NCBI GenBank assembly: GCA_963807165.1
Contig: CAWDZM010000004.1
Span: forward strand, 2,670 to 66,669
Length of the DNA: 64,000 nt
DNA from: an uncultured bacterium
Lineage (GTDB): Bacteria > Patescibacteriota > Minisyncoccia > UBA6257 > 2-01-FULL-56-20
Direction: 5' to 3'
Below, piece after piece: positions 58,323 through 64,000 of the stretch (position 1 is its first letter; every line of letters begins with the position of its first letter). The translations under genes were made by a program, and so were the position numbers. The notes under the pieces were generated by a model, which saw only the letters and a program-made list of their open reading frames with translations, was not told the DNA's origin and made no database searches.

Positions 58323-59630
58323 ATGCCTTCAAAGAAGGGATCTGCAAAGCGGGCAAAAAAAGTGAATAAAAAAGGCCACATGGCAAAGAAACTAAAGAAA
58401 ACTTTGAAACAAAAGCCTAAGAAGGCAGCGGTAAAGAAGACCACTAAACCGGCGAAAAAGCCGGTAGAGAAGCTTGTTAAAAAAATCGCGGCGGTAAAAG
58501 TTGCGAAAGGAAAGAAAGGAAAAGAAAAGCCACTCTCCAAACTCGACAAGGCTATCAAGGTCAACGCGACCGAGATCAACGAGCTCATCGAGCGCGGTCG
58601 CCCGCGCGGCTTCGTGACCGATAACGAGATCCTTTATTATTTCCCAAAGATCGAGGACAACGTGGACCTGCTCGACGAGATCTATGACCGCCTGGAAAAG
58701 GCGGGTATCAAAGTGATCGAGACGAGCGCGCTCATTGATTTTTCAAAAGACGAAAAGAGCGAGGTCGTTGATGACTCGATGGCGTTTGAAGGCGATGTGC
58801 CGGATGCGGTGCAAATGTATTTGAAAGAGATCGGCAAGACGCCGTTGCTTTCTAAGGATGAAGAGCGCGAGCTCGCGAAGCGTTCGGAGAAGGGTGATGA
58901 AGAAGCGCGTCAGCGTTTGATGAAGGCGAACCTTCGCTTGGTGGTTTCTATTGCAAAGCGTTACGTTAACCGCACGCCGCATCTTTCAATTCTCGATTTG
59001 ATCCAGGAAGGAAATATTGGATTGTCTCGCGCCGTCGAAAAGTTTGACTATCGCCGCGGATTTAAATTCTCGACGTATGCCACGTGGTGGATCCGTCAGG
59101 CGATCACCCGTGCGCTCGCCGACCAGTCTCGCACGGTGCGCATTCCGGTGCATATGGTGGAGACGATCTCGAAGTACACGCAGGTGCGCCGCCAGTTGAT
59201 CCAGGAGCTCGGCCGCGATCCGCTCGCGGAGGAGATCGCCGCAGAGATGGGCATTGATGTGGAGAAGGTGCGGCACATTCAGAAGATCTCACAGGAGGTG
59301 CTGTCTATCGAGACGCCGATCGGCGATGAGGAGGATTCCACGCTCTCCGACTTTATTCCCGATGAGCGCAACGCGACGCCGTCACAGCTGACCGCGCGCG
59401 CGATGCTCCGCGATCTTATCAAAGAGATCATGATCGACCTCACCGAACGCGAACAGCAGATATTAAAGATGCGTTTCGGTTTGGACGATGGCATCAGTCA
59501 TACGCTTGAGGAAGTGGGCAAGGCGTTCGGCGTCACGCGCGAGCGCATTCGCCAGATCGAAGCCAAGGCTTTGGAAAAGATCCGCGAGCATGGCAAAGCG
59601 CCGGCCCTCGAGGGATTTGATAGCTTGTAA
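58323..59630 (+). CDS. rpoD: RNA polymerase primary sigma factor with Lys-rich N-terminal extension
   Basis: [37 protein letters not shown] and [10 protein letters not shown] motifs. Confidence 0.95.
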   Translation: MPSKKGSAKRAKKVNKKGHMAKKLKKTLKQKPKKAAVKKTTKPAKKPVEKLVKKIAAVKVAKGKKGKEKPLSKLDKAIKVNATEINELIERGRPRGFVTDNEILYYFPKIEDNVDLLDEIYDRLEKAGIKVIETSALIDFSKDEKSEVVDDSMAFEGDVPDAVQMYLKEIGKTPLLSKDEERELAKRSEKGDEEARQRLMKANLRLVVSIAKRYVNRTPHLSILDLIQEGNIGLSRAVEKFDYRRGFKFSTYATWWIRQAITRALADQSRTVRIPVHMVETISKYTQVRRQLIQELGRDPLAEEIAAEMGIDVEKVRHIQKISQEVLSIETPIGDEEDSTLSDFIPDERNATPSQLTARAMLRDLIKEIMIDLTEREQQILKMRFGLDDGISHTLEEVGKAFGVTRERIRQIEAKALEKIREHGKAPALEGFDSL

Positions 59631-59714
59631 AAGTTAAAAAAACAAGAAAAACCCTGCAATTGCGGGGTTTTTCTTTTAATCATTTTTTAATGCGGGTGTG
59701 CTATGGTGGATGCC

Positions 59715-60224
59715 ATGAATACATTTTTAAATGATTTTAACGGCGTTATAAGCGTCATCGGTTTTACCTCGATGGTCGTTGGATTTATTTACGTCGGTAA
59801 AAAGCTGCAGATATTAGATGAATTAAAAGATACGGTCGATGTTATAAAGCACAATCTGAAAGTTGTGACCGATTTTCTCATAAAGAAATTTCCAGACTTT
59901 AATCACGAAGATTTGCGGAACTATAGTCCTGTTCAGCTGAGTGAGCATGGCAAAGACTTCATCATGTCTATTGGCTTTGACATGATATTTATGGAGAACA
60001 AAAAAGATTTCTTCGAGGTTATCGATGATGATTCGCCAAAAATGAAGTACGATGTGCAAACAAGTGCTATTAAATCCATTTACGCGCTTTCGGACAAAGC
60101 ATATATGGATCGCGTGAAGACATATCTTTATGACCATCCGGATCGGAAAATGGATAGAGTCGCTTCTACCCTCGGCATATATATCCGCGATTACTATCTG
60201 GCAGAACATCCGGAAATCAATTAA
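59715..60224 (+). CDS. Hypothetical protein with N-terminal TM
   Basis: ORF with TM, SPVQLSEHGK and GIYIRDYYL motifs. Confidence 0.65.
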   Translation: MNTFLNDFNGVISVIGFTSMVVGFIYVGKKLQILDELKDTVDVIKHNLKVVTDFLIKKFPDFNHEDLRNYSPVQLSEHGKDFIMSIGFDMIFMENKKDFFEVIDDDSPKMKYDVQTSAIKSIYALSDKAYMDRVKTYLYDHPDRKMDRVASTLGIYIRDYYLAEHPEIN

Positions 60225-60234
60225 CATAGACTTT

Positions 60235-62157
60235 ATGACCCTATCAGAAGTCCGTTCCCGATATCTGGCATTTTTCAAAGCCCGTGGTCACGTGGTGGTG
60301 CCTTCCGCGTCGCTCGTGCCGGAGAATGATCCGACCACGCTTTTTACAAGTTCGGGCATGCAACCACTCGTACCATATTTGCTTGGCCAACCGCATCCGG
60401 AAGGTAAGCGCATCACGGACTCGCAAAAGAGTTTCCGCGCCGACGACATCGACGAGGTGGGCGACAATCGTCATACCACATTCTTTGAGATGCTCGGCAA
60501 CTGGTCACTCGGCGATTATTTTAAACAAGAACAACTCTCATGGTTTTTTGAGTTTTTAACGGACAAAGAAAAAGGCGTCGGTCTCGATCCGATGAATTTA
60601 TATGTGACGGTGTTTGCGGGAGATTCGGAGATGGAAATTCCCGCGGACGATGAATCGGTCAAAATTTGGAAAGAACTTTTTCTTTCAAAAGAGATTGATG
60701 CAAAGTATGTTCAACTTGGTTCGGAAGCAAACGGCAGTGTGATGGGCATGCAAGGCGGCCGCATTTTTTCGTACGATGTAAAAAAGAATTGGTGGTCGCG
60801 CGCAGGCGTGCCGTCCAAGATGCCAGTGGGTGAGCCGGGTGGCCCGGATTCGGAAGTGTTCTACGACTTTGGCGTTACGGACGAGCACGGCACGCCCCGC
60901 CATAGCGTAGCATTCGGCGCACAGTGCCATCCGAACTGCGACTGCGGCCGTTTCCTCGAGATCGGCAACAGCGTTTTTATGGAATACAAAAAGCGTGAGG
61001 ACGGCGCATTTGAGAAGTTGATTCAGAAGAACGTGGACTTCGGCGGTGGGTTAGAGCGCATCACCGCCGCGACGAACGGGGACTCGGATGTGTTTAAGAT
61101 TGATGTCTTCAAGAAAATGGCGGAAGTTTTTACGCTCGATCCCGCATTCATGGAGACCGAAGAAGGGGTGAGGAAGGTACGTGTGGTTTTAGATCACATG
61201 CGCGCATCGGTATTTTTGATCGGCGACGGCGTCCTGCCATCAAATAAAGGACAGGGATATGTGTTGCGTCGCTTGCTCCGCCGCACAGCACTTTTTTCCA
61301 TGCAGTCTATAAAGCCGGAGTATGGCTGGGTAACAAAAATCGTCGGCGTATTGGCTGGTCTCTATAAAGATAGCTATCAGAACATCGCCGACGATGCGGA
61401 TACTATCATAAAAGTCATCGCGGAAGAATTCGCGAAGTTTATGGCTGCGGTGGATGAAGGATTAAAAGAATTTAAAAAACGCGAGATGACGGGGGCTATC
61501 ACCGGCAAGGACGCGTTCGACCTCTATCAAAGCTATGGATTCCCCTGGGAACTTACGCAGGAGATGGCAACAGAAAAAGGCATCAAGGTGAATAAGGAAG
61601 AATTCGAAGCTGAGTTCACTAAACATCGCGACCTCTCCCGCACTGCCTCTGCAGGCACGTTCAAGGGTGGCCTTGCTGATACTTCGGAAAAAACGGTGCG
61701 CTTGCACACTACGCACCATCTATTATTACGCGCCTTGCAGCAGGTGCTCGGGTCGACGGTCAAACAGCGGGGGAGCAACATCACGAGCGAACGCCTTCGC
61801 CTCGACTATCTGCATGACGCCAAGTTGACAGATGAACAAAAGAAAGAAGTGGAGCGCATTGTGAACGAAAAGATCGCAGAGGACTTGCCGGTGGTCCGTA
61901 GCGAGATGCCGCTCGAGGAAGCGGAGAAGCTTGGCGCCGAGCACGAGTTTGGGCAGAAATATCCGGCGCGGGTGTCGGTGTATTCCATCGGGCCGAAGAG
62001 TGCAACCTTGGAAAACCCCCAGTTTGATAAGGCATTTTCCATAGAGTTCTGCGGCGGCCCGCATGTTGCGCATACCGGCGAGATTGGGCACTTTGCGATC
62101 GCAAAAGAAGAGGCGGTGGCGGCGGGAATCCGCCGCATTCGCGGAGTGATCGAATAA
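60235..62157 (+). CDS. alaS: Alanine--tRNA ligase (lacks C-Ala domain)
   Basis: TTLFTSSGMQ, HTTFFEMLGNWS, VDFGGGLER, HTTHH and EFCGGPH motifs. Ends at GIRRIRGVIE. Confidence 0.93.
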   Translation: MTLSEVRSRYLAFFKARGHVVVPSASLVPENDPTTLFTSSGMQPLVPYLLGQPHPEGKRITDSQKSFRADDIDEVGDNRHTTFFEMLGNWSLGDYFKQEQLSWFFEFLTDKEKGVGLDPMNLYVTVFAGDSEMEIPADDESVKIWKELFLSKEIDAKYVQLGSEANGSVMGMQGGRIFSYDVKKNWWSRAGVPSKMPVGEPGGPDSEVFYDFGVTDEHGTPRHSVAFGAQCHPNCDCGRFLEIGNSVFMEYKKREDGAFEKLIQKNVDFGGGLERITAATNGDSDVFKIDVFKKMAEVFTLDPAFMETEEGVRKVRVVLDHMRASVFLIGDGVLPSNKGQGYVLRRLLRRTALFSMQSIKPEYGWVTKIVGVLAGLYKDSYQNIADDADTIIKVIAEEFAKFMAAVDEGLKEFKKREMTGAITGKDAFDLYQSYGFPWELTQEMATEKGIKVNKEEFEAEFTKHRDLSRTASAGTFKGGLADTSEKTVRLHTTHHLLLRALQQVLGSTVKQRGSNITSERLRLDYLHDAKLTDEQKKEVERIVNEKIAEDLPVVRSEMPLEEAEKLGAEHEFGQKYPARVSVYSIGPKSATLENPQFDKAFSIEFCGGPHVAHTGEIGHFAIAKEEAVAAGIRRIRGVIE

Positions 62158-62178
62158 TCTTTGTGCTAAACTGAATAG

Positions 62179-63360
62179 ATGAAGAAGCCAATTCTCTTCA
62201 AACCGCGGGAAAAGTTTTTGATACTGGCGATCGGCGCTGCGGGTGTTGATGCGTTATTCCTGAGCGTGGATGAGGATCGGAATATTATTTTTGAAAAACG
62301 TACGAAGAATCTCGATCTCAAGAAATTCCTCGCATCGCCGATCAGGAACATGACCCAGAAGTCATGGGAGGGGAAGTATTTTTTTAAGACGCACCGCAAG
62401 GTGATCGTCGCGGCGGATTCCTCGCTCGCGACGACGATTCCGATTCCGCTCGATCTTGTACGCGAACGTGGTGCGGAAAAAAGCGAGGTGGTTCTGCCCG
62501 AGCTTGAGAATCTCATCGCGCAGGGCATGGGAAAGATCTTCAACCAGTGCCGGAGTGAAGCGGCAAAGCGCCTCGGCATCCACGAGATCGACACGATCAT
62601 GGTCGGTGCTAAAGCGCGTAACTTCAGGGTAGACGGCCACCTGGTGGTAAATCCGGTTGGTTTTACCGGCAAGAAAATATCGCTCTTGCTCGAGCTCACG
62701 TTTACTGGGCGCGCGCTTTTTGAAGATCTCAAGCAGTTCTTCAATGCGCCGGAAGATTTCTTTTTTGCCGAGTCGGCGCAGGCGCGCGTTGCCTCTTTGG
62801 CGCGCGCCCGGAAACTCCCGCTCAACCTTATCGTAGACGAGGGTCCGCGCGGCGCGGCGCTTTTTATCTTTGAGAATACAAAAGATGGGCACCCAGTGTT
62901 GTATCGCGAGAAGTTGATGTGGAGTTTTGATGTGCTCTTTTTGCGCATCGCCGCGGAACTGGGGGTGAGTGCTCTTGCCGCGAAGGAAATGTATCGCGCA
63001 TATGTGAGCGAGGCGATGTCCGAAGGCGCCGCGCGGGCATTCAAAAAAATTATCGATCCAGCGGTGGAACAATTTTTGAAGGAGATAGGAAAAGGAAAGC
63101 TCAAAGGATTCGTATATGTGGATGCCGAGCACGAGATGCCGTTCCCGCTTCCGCACCGGCATGGCACGGCAACATTCGACCGTTTCCCGCTCGCGGAAAT
63201 AGTGGCTCAGCTTGGCTTTGCGGATCGGGAAGGGAAGTATTGTGGTCCGGATGCAGTCGTCTCTCGCCACCTTTTGCCGTTCATCGAGGCATACTTTGAT
63301 AAGAGCAATTCGGAGATCAACCAAAAGTTGCGCCGCCGGTTGCATTGGCTTAGCGATTAG
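62179..63360 (+). CDS. Hypothetical protein, possibly divergent FtsA/actin-like
   Basis: ILAIGAAGVDAL start, VDGHLVVNPVGFTGK, IAAELGVS..AKEM pattern. Confidence 0.55.
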   Translation: MKKPILFKPREKFLILAIGAAGVDALFLSVDEDRNIIFEKRTKNLDLKKFLASPIRNMTQKSWEGKYFFKTHRKVIVAADSSLATTIPIPLDLVRERGAEKSEVVLPELENLIAQGMGKIFNQCRSEAAKRLGIHEIDTIMVGAKARNFRVDGHLVVNPVGFTGKKISLLLELTFTGRALFEDLKQFFNAPEDFFFAESAQARVASLARARKLPLNLIVDEGPRGAALFIFENTKDGHPVLYREKLMWSFDVLFLRIAAELGVSALAAKEMYRAYVSEAMSEGAARAFKKIIDPAVEQFLKEIGKGKLKGFVYVDAEHEMPFPLPHRHGTATFDRFPLAEIVAQLGFADREGKYCGPDAVVSRHLLPFIEAYFDKSNSEINQKLRRRLHWLSD

Positions 63361-63409
63361 CACATTTCATCCGGCAGTGAGGCGGTGAATATGATATAAT
63401 TTTTTCATA

Positions 63410-64000
63410 ATGAAAAAAATCATTGTCGATAAAGGAGAAGGCGTTGCGGAGGTCATCGATCGCATATTGAACGAACCTGATGGAGAGGTGTCGGTGGTGG
63501 TTCCGAAGGGATCCACACTCGGCCGCTCGGTGAGTAATTTTCATCTTTTGAAGCGCGAGGCGGATTCCGCCGGGCGCAGTATTGTCATCGAATCGGTTGA
63601 TGAGACGATCCTCGCATTCGCAAAAGAAAGCGGGATCGAATCGAGCCATCCGTTATGGAAAGGTGTGCGCGGCGCAGGTGGTTTTTCGGATATCGTTGCC
63701 CGCCGCGATGAGGATACCGCCGCGCCGTTACGTGGAGATAGAGAGGAGGACGAAGAAGATGAGGAGGAAGAAAAGCATTCCAAAAAAACGGCACCAACGA
63801 CAAGCAAGCGTGGGAAAAAAGCAGAGCCGATCGTGAATGAACATCCGTCCGATGGGGATGATGAGGATGAGGAAGAATCCGAGGAAGCCGCCACGTCCAT
63901 AAAAAAATCCAGCAGCAGTCATTTCTTTGATGGTTCTCCCGATCTCGATGATGAGGAAGACGATCGTTCGCCTCACCAATTTCCCAAGAAGACCGTCATT
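63410..64000 (+). CDS. CPR-type conserved hypothetical protein (partial; runs off the window)
   Basis: MKKIIVDKGEGVAEVIDRI...VVPKGS..SVSNFHLLKREA followed by an acidic linker. No stop seen before 64000. Confidence 0.7.
   Translation, partial: MKKIIVDKGEGVAEVIDRILNEPDGEVSVVVPKGSTLGRSVSNFHLLKREADSAGRSIVIESVDETILAFAKESGIESSHPLWKGVRGAGGFSDIVARRDEDTAAPLRGDREEDEEDEEEEKHSKKTAPTTSKRGKKAEPIVNEHPSDGDDEDEEESEEAATSIKKSSSSHFFDGSPDLDDEEDDRSPHQFPKKTVI

Noticed and set aside
58323-62157. Lys-rich RpoD N-terminus and C-Ala-less AlaRS as novelties
   Set aside because: Such variants are common in reduced or CPR genomes, so they are recorded as features only.

Overview
Bacterial chromosomal window, most likely from a Patescibacteria/CPR (Parcubacteria-like) genome. 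This is inferred from gene content, the CPR-type GxVLGA secreted proteins, an unlinked 23S-5S locus and mostly leaderless-looking core genes. It carries housekeeping genes (fused rpoB-rpoC, rpoD, dnaG, lepA, gatB, miaA, thrS, serS, alaS, a mitochondrial-type single-chain PheRS, rpsF, ssb, rplK, cmk, dut, rodA, mltG, CCA enzyme), a 23S-5S rRNA locus with no 16S, three tRNAs, and several surface or secreted proteins. The most striking unexplained signal is a dispersed family of five non-coding elements (12212-12318, 15341-15446 on the minus strand, 15491-15646, 26731-26846, ~42649-42810). Each has a conserved, covarying ~65-105 nt branched core (GAAG/GGAG-loop and AGCA-loop hairpins) on a long inverted-repeat stem whose sequence differs at every locus. 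Three copies bracket the 23S gene. Other candidates: two long hairpins with a TAAGAA-type inner loop; a three-gene secreted operon with a Gly/Ser/Asn amyloid-like protein and an internal structured element with two identical 33-nt hairpins; an AT-rich trypsin-protease plus HEPN pair; a CbiB/CbiZ cobamide-salvage pair; and self-contained single-gene ORFan cassettes. Frameshifts in essential genes suggest indel errors in the assembly. All calls were made by eye, without database searches.
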